A stretch of 64,000 nt of DNA. It comes from Eledone cirrhosa. Lineage: Eukaryota. Of this stretch, positions 12,291 through 27,300 are shown one piece after another; the stretch's first letter is position 1, and the number at the start of each line of letters is the position of its first letter. Under the pieces are notes generated by a model. That model did not search any database and was not told the origin of the DNA. It worked only from the letters and a program-made list of their open reading frames with translations. Location: the NCBI GenBank assembly GCA_964016885.1, contig OZ024755.1, positions 43,958,001-44,022,000 on the forward strand. The letters are read 5' to 3'. Both the position numbers and the translations under genes were made by a program.

Positions 12291-15200
12291 ACGTGTACCA
12301 CAGTTGGCAGTACCATCATATACTGTGTACCACAGTTGACAGTACCAACATATATTGTGTACCACAGTTGACAGTACCAACATATACTGTGTACCATAGT
12401 TGACATTACCAACGTATATTGTGTATCACAGTTGACAGTACCAACATATCCTGTGTACCTCAGTTGACAGTACCAACATATACTGTATACCACAGTTGAC
12501 AGTACCAACATATAATGTGTACCACTGTTGACAGTACCAATATATACCGTGTACCACAGTTCACAGTACCAAAGTATACAGTGTACCACATTTGACAGTA
12601 CCAACATATACTGTGTACCACAGTTGACAGTACCAACATATACTGTGTACCACTGTTGACAGTACCAACATATACTCTGTACCACAGCTGACACTACCAA
12701 CATATACTTGTACCTCAGTTGACAGTACTACCATATATTGTGTACCACCGTTGACAATACCAACGTATACTGTGTACCACAGTTGACAGTACCAACGTAT
12801 ACTGTGCACCACAGTTGACAGTACCGACATATACTGTGTACCACAGTTGACAATACCAACATATACTTTGTACCACGGTTGACAGTACCAACGTATACTG
12901 TGTACCACTGTTGACAATATCAACATATACTGTGTACCACAGTTGACATTACCAACATATACAGTGTACCACAGTTGACAGTAGCAACATATACTGTGTA
13001 CCACAGTTGACAGTACCAACATATACTGTGTACCACAGTTGACAGTACCAACATATACTGTGTACCATAGTTGATAGTACCAACGTATATTGTGTACCAC
13101 AGTTAAGAGTACCAACATACACCGTGTACGACAGTTGACAGTAAAAACATATACTGTGTACCACAGTTGAATGTACCAGAGTATAGTGTGTACCACACTT
13201 GACAGTCCCAACATATTCTGTATACCACAGTTGACAGTACCAACATATACAGTGTACCACTGTTGACAGTACCAACATATACCGTGTACCACAGTTGACA
13301 GTACCAACATATACTGTGTACCACAGTTGAGACTACCAACATATACTGGGTACGACTGTTGACAGTAACAACATATACTATGTACCACAGTTGACAGTAC
13401 CAACATATACTGTGTACCACAGTTGACAGTACCAACCTATACTGTGTACCACAGTTGACAGTACCAACGTATACTGGGTACCACATTTGACACTACCAAC
13501 ATATACTGTGTACCACAGTTGACAGTACCAACGTATGCTGTGTACCACAGTTGACGATACCAACATATACTGTGTACCACAGTTGACAGTACCAACATAT
13601 ACTGTATACCACAGTTGACAGTACCGACATATACTGTGTACCACAGTTGACAATACCAACATATACTTTGTACCACGGTTGACAGTACCAACGTATACTG
13701 TGTACCACTGTTGACAATATCAACATATACTGTGTACCACAGTTGACATTACCAACATATACAGTGTACCACAGTTGACAGTAGCAACATATACTGTGTA
13801 CCACAGTTGACAGTACCAACATATACTGTGTACCACAGTTGACAGTACCAACATATACTGTGTACCATAGTTGATAGTACCAACGTATATTGTGTACCAC
13901 AGTTGAGAGTACCATCATACACCGTGTACGACAGTTGACAGTAAAAACATATACTGTGTACCACAGTTGAGAGTACCAACATAAACTGTGTACCACAGTT
14001 GACAGTACCAACATATACTGTGTACCACAGTTGACAGTACCAACATATACTGTGTACCACAGTTGACAGTACCAACATATACTGTATACCACAGTTGACA
14101 GTACCAACATATACTGTGTACCACAGTTGACAGTACCAACATATACTGTGTACCACAGTTGACAGTACCAACATATACTGTGTACCACAGTTGACAGTAC
14201 TAACATATACTGTGTACTACAGTTGACAGTACCAACATATATTGTGTACCACAGTTGACAGTACCAACATATACTGTGTACCACAGTTGGCAGTACCAAC
14301 ATATAATGTGTACCTCAGTTGACAGTACCAACATATACTGTGTACCACAGTTGACAGTTCCAACGTATACTGTGTACCACAGTTGACAGTACCAACGTAT
14401 ACAGTGTACCACAGTTGACAGTACCAATATATACTGTGTAACACAGTTGACAATACCAACATATAATGTGTACCACAGTTGACAGTACCAACGTATACTG
14501 TGAACCACTGTTGGCAATACCAACATATACTGTGTACTACAGTTGACAGAACCAACATATACAGTGTACCACAGTTGACAGTACCAACATATACTGTGTA
14601 CCACAGTTGACAGTACCAACATATACTGTGTACCACAGTTGACAGTACCAACATATACTGTGTACCACAGTTCACAGTACCAACGTATACTGTGTACCAC
14701 ATTTGACATTACCAACATATACTGTGTACCACAGTTGACAGTACCAACATATACTGTGTACCACTTTTGACAGTACCAACATATACCGTGTATCACATTT
14801 GACAGTACCAACATATACTGTGTACCACTGTTGACAGTACCAAAATATACTGTGTACCACAGTTGACAGTACCAACATGTACCGTGTACCACAGTTGACA
14901 GTACCAACGTATACTGTGTACCACAGTTGACAATACCAACATATACTGTGTACCACAGTTGACAGTACCAACATATACTGTGTACCACAGTTGAAAGTAC
15001 CAACGTATACTGTGTACCACAGTTGACAACACCAACATATACTGTGTACCACAGTTGACAGTACCAACATATACTGTATACCACAGTTGACAGTACCAAC
15101 ATATACTGTGTACCACAGTTGACAGTACCAACATATACTGTGTACCACAGTTGACAGTACCAACATATACTGTATACCAGAGTTGACAGTACCAACATAT

Positions 15201-18200
15201 ACTGTGTACCACTGTTGACAGTACCAACATATACAGTGTACCACAGTTGACATTACCAACTTATACTGTGTACCACAGCTGACAATACCAACATATACTT
15301 GTACCTCAGTTGACAGTACTACCATATATTGTGTACCACCGTTGACAATACCAACGTATACTGTGTACGACAGTTGACAGTACCAACGTATACTGTGCAC
15401 CACAGTTGACAGTACCAACATATACTGTGTACCACAGTTGACAATACCAACATATACTGTGTACCACAGTTGACAATACCAACACATATAGTGTACCAGA
15501 GTTGACAATACCAACACATATAGTGTACCACAGTTGACAGTACCAACGTATACTGTGTACCACAGTTGCCAATGCCAACATATACTGTGTACCACAGTTG
15601 AGAGTACCAACATGTACCGTGTACCACAGTTGACAGTACCAACGTATACTGTGTACCACAGTTGACAGTACCAACGTATACTGTTTACCACAGTTGACAA
15701 TACCAACATATACTGTGTACCAGAGTTGACAGTACCCACATATACTGTGTACCACAGTTGACAGTTCCAACATATAAGGTGTACCACTGTTGATACTACC
15801 GACATATACTGTGTAGCACAGTTGACAGTACTAACATATACTGTGTACCACAGTTGCCAATGCCAACATATACTGTGTACCACAGTTGAGAGTACCAACA
15901 TGTACCGTGTACCACAGTTGACACTACCAACGTATACTGTGTACCACAGTTGACAATACCAACATATACTGTGTACCACAGTTGACAGTACCAACATATA
16001 CTGTGTACCACAGTTGAAAGTACCAACGTATACTGTGTACCACAGTTGACAACACCAACATATACTGTGTACCACAGTTGACAGTACCAACATATACTGT
16101 ATACCACAGTTGACAGTACCAACATATACTGTGTACCACAGTTGACAGTACCAACATATACTGTGTACCACAGTTGACAGTACCAACATATACTGTATAC
16201 CACAGTTGACAGTTCCAACATATACTGTGTACCACTGTTGACAGTACCAACATATACCGTGTACCACAGTTGACAGTACCAACATATACTGTGTACCACA
16301 GCTGACACTACCAACATATACTTGTACCTCAGTTGACAGTATTACCATATATTGTGTACCACCGTTGACAATACCAACGTATACTGTGTACCACAGTTGA
16401 CAGTACCAACGTATACTGTGCACCACAGTTGACAGTACCAAAATATACTGTGTACCACAGTTGACAATACCAACATATACTGTGTACCACAGTTGACAAT
16501 ACCAACACATATAGTGTACCACAGTTGACAGTACCAACGTATACTGTGTACCACAGTTGCCAATGCCAACATATACTGTGTACCACAGTTGAGAGTACCA
16601 ACATATACTGTGTACCACAGTTGACAGTACCAACATATACTGTGTACCACAGTTGACAGTACCAACATATACTGTGTACCACAGTTGACAGTACCAATGT
16701 ATACTGTGTACCACAGTTGACAGTACCAACATATACTGTGTACCACAGTTGACAGTACCAACATATACTGTGTACCATAGTTGACATTACCAACGTATAT
16801 TGTGTTCCACAGTTGACAGTACCAACATGTACTGTGTACCACAGTTGACAGTACCAACGTATACTGTGTACCACAGTTGACAGTACCAACGTATACTGTG
16901 TACCACAGTTGACAGTACCAACATATAACGTGTACCACAGTTGGCAGTACCATCATATACTGTGTACCACAGTTGACAGTACCAACATATATTGTGTACC
17001 ACAGTTGACAGTACCAACATATACTGTGTACCATAGTTGACATTACCAACGTATATTGTGTACCACAGTTGACAGTACCAACATATCCTGTGTACCTCAG
17101 TTGACAGTACCAACATATACTGTATACCACAGTTGACAGTACCAACATATAATGTGTACCACTGTTGACAGTACCAATATATACCGTGTACCACAGTTGA
17201 CAGTACCAACATATACTGTGTACCACAGCTGACACTACCAACATATACTTGTACCTCAGTTGACAGTACTACCATATATTGTGTACCACCGTTGACAATA
17301 CCAACGTATACTGTGTACCACAGTTGACAGTACCAACGTATACTGTGCACCACAGTTGACAGTACCGACATATACTGTGTACCACAGTTGACAATACCAA
17401 CATATACTTTGTACCACGGTTGACAGTACCAACGTATACTGTGTACCACTGTTGACAATATCAACATATACTCTGTACCACAGTTGACATTACCAACATA
17501 TACAGTGTACCACAGTTGACAGTAGCAACATATACTGTGTACCACAGTTGACAGTACCAACATATACTGTGTACCACAGTTGACAGTACCAACATATACT
17601 GTGTACCATAGTTGATAGTACCAACGTATATTGTGTACCACAGTTGAGAGTACCAACATACACCGTGTACGACAGTTGACAGTAAAAACATATACTGTGT
17701 ACCACAGTTGAGAGTACCAACATAAACTGTGTACCACAGTTGACAGTACCAACATATACTGTGTACCACAGTTGACAGTACCAACATATACTGTGTAACA
17801 CAGTTGACAGAACCAACATGTACCGTGAACCACAGTTGACAGTACCAACGTATACTGTGAACCACTGTTGGCAATACCAACATATACTGTGTACTACAGT
17901 TGACAGAACCAACATATACAGTGTACCACAGTTGACAGTACCAACATATACTGTGTACCACAGTTGACAGTACCAACATATACTGTGTAACACAGTTGAC
18001 AGAACCAACATGTACCGTGAACCACAGTTGACAGTACCAACGTATACTGTTTACCACAGTTGAGAGTACCAACGTATAGTGTGTACCACAGTTGACAGTA
18101 CCAACATATACTGTGTACCACAGTTGACAGTACCAACATATACTGTGTACCACAGTTCACAGTACCAACGTATACTGTGTACCACATTTGACAGTACCAA

Positions 18201-18730
18201 CATATACTGTGTACCACAGTTGACAGTACCAACATATACTGTGTACCACTTTTGACAGTACCAACATATACCGTGTATCACATTTGACAGTACCAACATA
18301 TACTGTGTACCACTGTTGACAGTACCAACATATACTGTGTACCACAGTTGATAGTACCAACATGTACCGTGTACCACAGTTGACAGTACCAACGTATACT
18401 GTGTACCACAGTTGACAATACCAACATACTGTGTACCACAGTTGACAGTACCAACATATACTGTGTACCACAGTTGAAAGTACCAACGTATACTGTGTAC
18501 CACAGTTGACAACACCAACATATACTGTGTACCACAGTTGACAGTACCAACATATACTGTATACCACAGTTGACAGTACCAACATATACTGTGTACCACA
18601 GTAGACAGTACCAACATATACTGTGTACCACAGTTGACAGTACCAACATATACTGTATACCAGAGTTGACAGTACCAACATATACTGTGTACCACTGTTG
18701 ACAGTACCAACATATACAGTGTACCACAGT
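12121..18730. repeat. Block duplicated from 1-7090 (copy B), lacking 479 bp at about 15857 and 2 bp at about 18427 relative to copy A
   Basis: The offset changes 12,120 -> 11,641 -> 11,639. The rare variant 'agtagacag' occurs at 6961 and 18600. A few SNPs distinguish the copies (e.g. 482 A vs 12602 C). Confidence 0.9.
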
Positions 18731-18899
18731 TGACATTACCAACATATACTGTGTACCATAGCTGACAATACCAACATATACTTGTACCTCAGTTGACAGT
18801 ACTACCATATATTGTGTACCACCGTTGACAATACCAACGTATACTGTGTACCACAGTTGACAGTACCAACGTATACTGTGCACCACAGTTGACAGTACC

Positions 18900-20040
18900 A
18901 ACATATACTGTGTACCACAGTTGACAATACCAACATATACTGTGTACCACAGTTGACAATACCAACACATATAGTGTACCACAGTTGACAATACCAACAC
19001 ATATAGTGTACCACAGTTGACAGTACCAACGTATACTGTGTACCACAGTTGCCAATGCCAACATATACTGTGTACCACAGTTGAGAGTACCAACATGTAC
19101 CGTGTACCACAGTTGACAGTACCGACGTATACTGTGTACCACAGTTGACAGTACCAACGTATACTGATTACCACAGTTGACAATACCAACATATACTGTG
19201 TACCAGAGTTGACAGTACCCACATATACTGTGTACCACAGTTGACAGTTCCAACATATAAGGTGTACCACTGTTGATACTACCGACATATACTGTGTAGC
19301 ACAGTTGACAGTACTAACATATACTGCGTACCACATTTGAGAGTACCACCATATACTGGGTACCACTGTTGACAGTATCAACATATACTGTGTACCACAG
19401 TTGACAGTACCAACATATACTGTGTACCATAGTTGACAGTACCAACATATCCTGTGTACCTCAGTTGACAGTACCAACATATACTGTGTACCACAGTTGA
19501 CAATACCAACATATACTGTGTACCACAGTTGAAAATACCAACACATATAGTGTACCACAGTTGACAATACCAACACATATAGTGTACCACAGTTGACAGT
19601 ACCAACGTATACTGTGTACCACAGTTGCCAATGCCAACATATACTGTGTACCACAGTTGAGAGTACCAACATGTACCGTGTACCACAGTTGACAGTACCG
19701 ACGTATACTGTGTACCACAGTTGACAGTACCAACGTATACTGATTACCACAGTTGACAATACCAACATATACTGTGTACCAGAGTTGACAGTACCCACAT
19801 ATACTGTGTACCACAGTTGACAGTTCCAACATATAAGGTGTACCACTGTTGATACTACCGACATATACTGTGTAGCACAGTTGACAGTACTAACATATAC
19901 TGTGTACCACATTTGAGAGTACCACCATATACTGGGTACCACTGTTGACAGTACCAACATATACTGTGTACCACAGTTGACAGTACCAACATATACTGTG
20001 TACCATATTTGACAGTACCAACATATCCTGTGTACCTCAG
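18900..20040. repeat. 576-bp (18-monomer) tandem duplication with a few SNPs
   Basis: 'ggtgtaccactgttgatactaccgac' occurs at 19261 and 19837. 'tgattaccac' and 'tacccacat' also recur at +576. Confidence 0.85.
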
Positions 20041-21323
20041 TTGTCAGTACCAACATATACTGTATACCACAGTTGACAGTACCAACATATACTGTGTACC
20101 TCTGTTGACAGTACCAACATATACCGTGTACCACAGTTGACAGTACCAACATATACTGTGTACCACAGCTGACACTACCAACATATACTTGTACCTCAAT
20201 TGACAGTACTACCATATATTGTGTACCACCGTTGACAATACCAACGTATACTGTGTACCACAGTTGACAGTACCAACGTATACTGTGCACCACAGTTGAC
20301 AGTACCAACATATACTGTGTACCACAGTTGACAATACCAACATATACTGTGTACCACAGTTGACAATACCAACACATATAGTGTACCACAGTTGACAGTA
20401 CCAACGTATACTGTGTACCACAGTTGCCAATGCCAACATATACTGTGTACCACAGTTGAGAGTACCAACATGTACCGTGTACCACAGTTGACACTACCAA
20501 CGTATACTGTGTACCACAGTTGACAATACCAACATATACTGTGTACCACAGTTGACAGTACCAACATATACTGTGTACCACAGTTGAAAGTACCAACGTA
20601 TACTGTGTACCACAGTTGACAACACCAACATATACTGTGTACCACAGTTGACAGTACCAACATATACTGTATACCACAGTTGACAGTACCAACATATACT
20701 GTGTACCACAGTTGACAGTACCAACATATACTGTGTACCACAGTTGACAGTACCAACATATACTGTATACCACAGTTGACAGTTCCAACATATACTGTGT
20801 ACCACTGTTGACAGTACCAACATATACCGTGTACCACAGTTGACAGTACCAACATATACTGTGTACCACAGCTGACACTACCAACATATACTTGTACCTC
20901 AGTTGACAGTATTACCATATATTGTGTACCACCGTCGACAATACCAACGTATACTGTGTACCACAGTTGACAGTACCAACGTATACTGTGCACCACAGTT
21001 GACAGTACCAAAATATACTGTGTACCACAGTTGACAATACCAACATATACTGTGTACCACAGTTGACAATACCAACACATATAGTGTACCACAGTTGACA
21101 GTACCAACGTATACTGTGTACCACAGTTGCCAATGCCAACATATACTGTGTACCACAGTTGAGAGTACCAACATATACTGTGTACCACAGTTGACAGTAC
21201 CAACATATACTGTGTACCACAGTTGAAAGTACCAACATGTACTGTGTACCACAGTTGACAGTACCAATGTATACTGTGTACCACAGTTGACAGTACCAAC
21301 ATATACTGTGTACCACAGTTGAC

Positions 21324-24300
21324 AGTACCAACATATACTGTGTACCATAGTTGACATTACCAACGTATATTGTGTTCCACAGTTGACAGTACCAACATGT
21401 ACTGTGTACCACAGTTGACAGTACCAACGTATACTGTGTACCACAGTTGACAGTACCAACGTATACTGTGTACCACAGTTGACAGTACCAACATATAACG
21501 TGTACCACAGTTGGCAGTACCATCATATACTGTGTACCACAGTTGACAGTACCAACATATATTGTGTACCACAGTTGACAGTACCAACATATACTGTGTA
21601 CCATAGTTGACATTACCAACGTATATTGTGTACCACAGTTGACAGTACCAACATATCCTGTGTACCTCAGTTGACAGTACCAACATATACTGTATACCAC
21701 AGTTGACAGTACCAACATATAATGTGTACCACTGTTGACAGTACCAATATATACCGTGTACCACAGTTGACAGTACCAACATATACTGTGTACCACAGCT
21801 GACACTACCAACATATACTTGTACCTCAGTTGACAGTACTACCATATATTGTGTACCACCGTTGACAATACCAACGTATACTGTGTACCACAGTTGACAG
21901 TACCAACGTATACTGTGCACCACAGTTGACAGTACCGACATATACTGTGTACCACAGTTGACAATACCAACATATACTTTGTACCACGGTTGACAGTACC
22001 AACGTATACTGTGTACCACTGTTGACAATATCAACATATACTCTGTACCACAGTTGACATTACCAACATATACAGTGTACCACAGTTGACAGTAGCAACA
22101 TATACTGTGTACCACAGTTGACAGTACCAACATATACTGTGTACCATAGTTGATAGTACCAACGTATATTGTGTACCACAGTTGAGAGTACCAACATACA
22201 CCGTGTACGACAGTTGACAGTAAAAACATATACTGTGTACCACAGTTGAGAGTACCAACATAAACTGTGTACCACAGTTGACAGTACCAACATATACTGT
22301 GTACCACAGTTGACAGTACCAACATATACTGTGTAACACAGTTGACAGAACCAACATGTACCGTGAACCACAGTTGACAGTACCAACGTATACTGTGAAC
22401 CACTGTTGGCAATACCAACATATACTGTGTACTACAGTTGACAGAACCAACATATACAGTGTACCACAGTTGACAGTACCAACATATACTGTGTACCACA
22501 GTTGACAGTACCAACATATACTGTGTAACACAGTTGACAGAACCAACATGTACCGTGAACCACAGTTGACAGTACCAACGTATACTGTTTACCACAGTTG
22601 AGAGTACCAACGTATAGTGTGTACCACAGTTGACAGTACCAACATATACTGTGTACCACAGTTGACAGTACCAACATATACTGTGTACCACAGTTGACAG
22701 TACCAATGTATACTGTGTACCACAGTTGACAGTACCAACATATACTGTGTACCACAGTTGACAGTACCAACATATACTGTGTACCATAGTTGACAGTACC
22801 AACATATATTGTGTACCACAGTTGACAGTACCAACATATACTGTGTACCATAGTTGACATTACCAACGTATATTGTGTACCACAGTTGACAGTACCAACA
22901 TATCCTGTGTACCTCAGTTGACAGTACCATCATATACTGTATACCACCGTTGACAGTACCAACATATACTTGTACCACTGTTGACAGTACCAATATATAC
23001 CGTGTACCACAGTTGACAGTACCAACATATACTGTGTACCACAGCTGACACTACCAACATATACTTGTACCTCAGTTGACAGTACTACCATATATTGTGT
23101 ACCACCGTTGACAATACCAACGTATACTTTGTACCACAGTTGACTGTACCAAGGTATACTGTGCACCACAGTTGACAGTACCAACATATACTGTGTACCA
23201 CAGTTGACAATACCAACATACACTGTGTACCACAGTTGACAATACCAACACATATAGTGTACCACAGTTGACAGTACCAACGTATATTGTGTACCACAGT
23301 TGCCAATGCCAACATATACTGTGTACCACAGTTGAGAGTACCAACATGTACCGTGTACCACAGTTGACAGTACCAACGTATACTGTGTACCACAGTTGAC
23401 AATACCAACATATACTGTGTACCACAGTTGACAGTACCAACATATACTGTGTACCACAGTTGAAAGTACCAACGTATACTGTGTACCACAGTTGACAACA
23501 CCAACATATACTGTGTATCACAGTTGACAGTACCAACATATACTGTATACCACAGTTGACAGTACCAACATATACTGTGTACCACAGTTGACAGTACCAA
23601 CATATACTGTGTACCACAGTTGACAGTACCAACATATACTGTATACCACAGTTGACAGTACCAACATATACTGTGTACCACTGTTGACAGTACCAACATA
23701 TACTGTGTACCCTAGTTGACATTCCCAACGTATATTGTGTACCACAGTTGACAGTACCAACATGTACTGTGTACCACAGTTGACAGTACCAACGTATACT
23801 GTGTACCACAGTTGACAGTACCAACGTATACTGTGTACCACAGTTGACAGTACCAACGTATACTGTGCACCACAGTTGACAGTACCAACATATACTGTGT
23901 ACCACAGTTGACAATACCAACATATACTGTGTACCACAGTTGACAATACCAACACATATAGTGTACCACAGTTGACAGTACCAACGTATACTGTGTACCA
24001 CAGTTGCCAATGCCATCATATACTGTGTACCACAGTTGAGAGTAACAACATATACTGTGTACCACAGTTGACAGTACCAACATATACTGTGTACCACAGT
24101 TGACAGTACCAACATATACTGTGTACCACAGTTGACAGTACCAATGTATACTGTGTACCACAGTTGACAGTACCAACATATACTGTGTACCATAGTTGAC
24201 ATTACCAACGTATATTGTGTACCACAGTTGACATTACCAACATATCCTGTGTACCTCAGTTGACAGTACCAACATATACTGTATACCACAGTTGACAGTA

Positions 24301-27300
24301 CCAACATATACTGTGTACCACTGTTGACAGTACCAATATATACCGTGTAACACAGTTGACAGTACCAACATATACTGTGTACCACAGCTGACACTACCAA
24401 CATATACTTGTACCTCAGTTGACAGTACTACCATATATTGTGTACCACCGTTGACAATACCAACGTATACTGTGTACCACAGTTGACAGTACCAACGTAT
24501 ATTGTGCACCACAGTTGACAGTACCAACATATACTGTGTACCACAGTTGACAATACCAACATATACTGTGTACCACAGTTTACAATACCAACACATATAG
24601 TGTACCATAGTTGACTGTACCAACGTATATTGTGTACCACAGTTGCCAATGCCAACATATACTGTGTACCACAGTTGAGAGTACCAACATGTACCGTGTA
24701 CCACAGTTGACAGTGCCAACGTATACTGTGTACCACAGTTGACAATACCAACATATACTGTGTACCACAGTTGACAGTACCAACATATACTGTGTACCCT
24801 AGTTGAAAGTACCAACGTATACTGTGTACCACAGTTGACAACACCAACATATACTGTGTATCACAGTTGACAGTACCAACATATACTGTATACCACAGTT
24901 GACAGTACCAACATATACTGTGTACCACAGTTGACAGTACCAACATATACTGTGTACCACAGTTGACAGTACCAACATATACTGTATACCACAGTTGACA
25001 GTACCAACATATACTGTGTACCACTGTTGACAGTACCAACATATACCGTGTACCACAGATGACAGTACCAACATATACTGTGTACCACAGCTGACACTAC
25101 CAACATATACTTGTACCTCAGTTGACAGTACTACCATATATTGTGTACCACCGTTGACAATACCAACGTATACTGTGTACCACAGTTGACAGTACCAACG
25201 TATACTGTGCACCACAGTTGACAGTACCAACATATACTGTGTACCACAGTTGGCAGTACCAACATATAATGTGTACCTCAGTTGACAGTACCAACATATA
25301 CTGTGTACCACAGTTGACAGTACCAACGTATACTGTGTACCACAGTTGACAGTACCAACGTATACTGTGTACCACAGTTAACAGTACCAATATATACTGT
25401 GTAACACAGTTGACAATACCAACATATAATGTGTACCACAGTTGACAGTACCAACGTATACTGTGAATCACTGTTGGCAATACCAACATATACTGTGTAC
25501 TACAGTTGACAGAACCAACATATACAGTGTACCACAGTTGACAGTACCAACATATACTGTGTACCACAGTTGACAGTACCAACATATACTGTGTACCACA
25601 GTTGACAGAACCAACATGTACCGTGAACCACAGTTGACAGTACCAACGTATACTGTGTACCACAGTTGAGAGTACCAACGTATAGTGTGTACCACAGTTG
25701 ACAGTACCAACATATACTGTGTACCACAGTTGACAGTACCAACATATACTGTGTACCACAGTTCACAGTACCAACGTATACTGTGTACCACATTTGACAG
25801 TACCAACATATACTGTGTACCACAGTTGACAGTACCAACATATACTGTGTACCACTTTTGACAGTACCAACATATACCGTGTATCACATTTGACAGTACC
25901 AACATGTACCGTGTACCACAGTTGACAGTACCAACGTATACTGTGTACCACAGTTGACAATACCAACATATACTGTGTACCACAGTTGACAGTACCAACA
26001 TATACTGTGTACCACAGTTGAAAGTACCAACGTATACTGTGTACCACAGTTGACAACACCAACATATACTGTGTACCACAGTTGACAGTACCAACATATA
26101 CTGTATACCACAGTTGACAGTACCAACATATACTGTGTACCACAGTTGACAGTACCAACATATACTGTGTACCACAGTTGACAGTACCAACATATACTGT
26201 ATACCAGAGTTGACAGTACCAACATATACTGTGTACCACTGTTGACAGTACCAACATATACAGTGTACCACAGTTGACATTACCAACATATACTGTGTAC
26301 CACAGCTGACAATACCAACATATACTTGTACCTCAGTTGAGAGTACTACCATATATTGTGTACCACCGTTGACAATACCAACGTATACTGTGTACCACAG
26401 TTGACAGTACCAACGTATACTGTGCACCACAGTTGACAGTACCAACATATACTGTGTACCACAGTTGACAATACCAACATATACTGTGTACCACAGTTGA
26501 CAATACCAACACATATAGTGTACCACAGTTGACAATACCAACACATATAGTGTACCACAGTTTACAGTACCAACGTATACTGTTTACCACAGTTGACAAT
26601 ACCAACATATACTGTGTACCAGAGTTGACAGTACCCACATATACTGTGTACCACAGTTGACAGTTCCAACATATAAGGTGTACCACTGTTGATACTACCG
26701 ACATATACTGTGTAACACAGTTGACAGTACTAACATATACTGTGTACCACAGTTGAGAGTACCACCATATACTGGGTACCACTGTTGACAGTACCAACAT
26801 ATACTGTGTACCACAGTTGACAGTACCAACATATACTGTGTACCATAGTTGACAGTACCAACATATCCTGTGTACCTCAGTTGTCAGTACCAACATATAG
26901 TGTATACCACAGTTGACAGTACCAACATATACTGTGTACCACTGTTGAGAGTACCAACATATACCGTGTACCACAGTTGACAGTACCAACATATACTGTG
27001 TACCACAGCTGACACTACCAACATATACTTGTACCTCAATTGACAGTACTACCATATATTGTGTACCACCGTTGACAATACCAACGTATACTGTGTACCA
27101 CAGTTGACAGTACCAACGTATACTGTGCACCACAGTTGACAGTACCAACATATACTGTGTACCACAGTTGACAATACCAACATATACTGTGTACCACAGT
27201 TGACAATACCAACACATATAGTGTACCACAGTTGACAGTACCAACGTATACTGTGTACCACAGTTGCGAATGCCAACATATACTGTGTACCACAGTTGAG

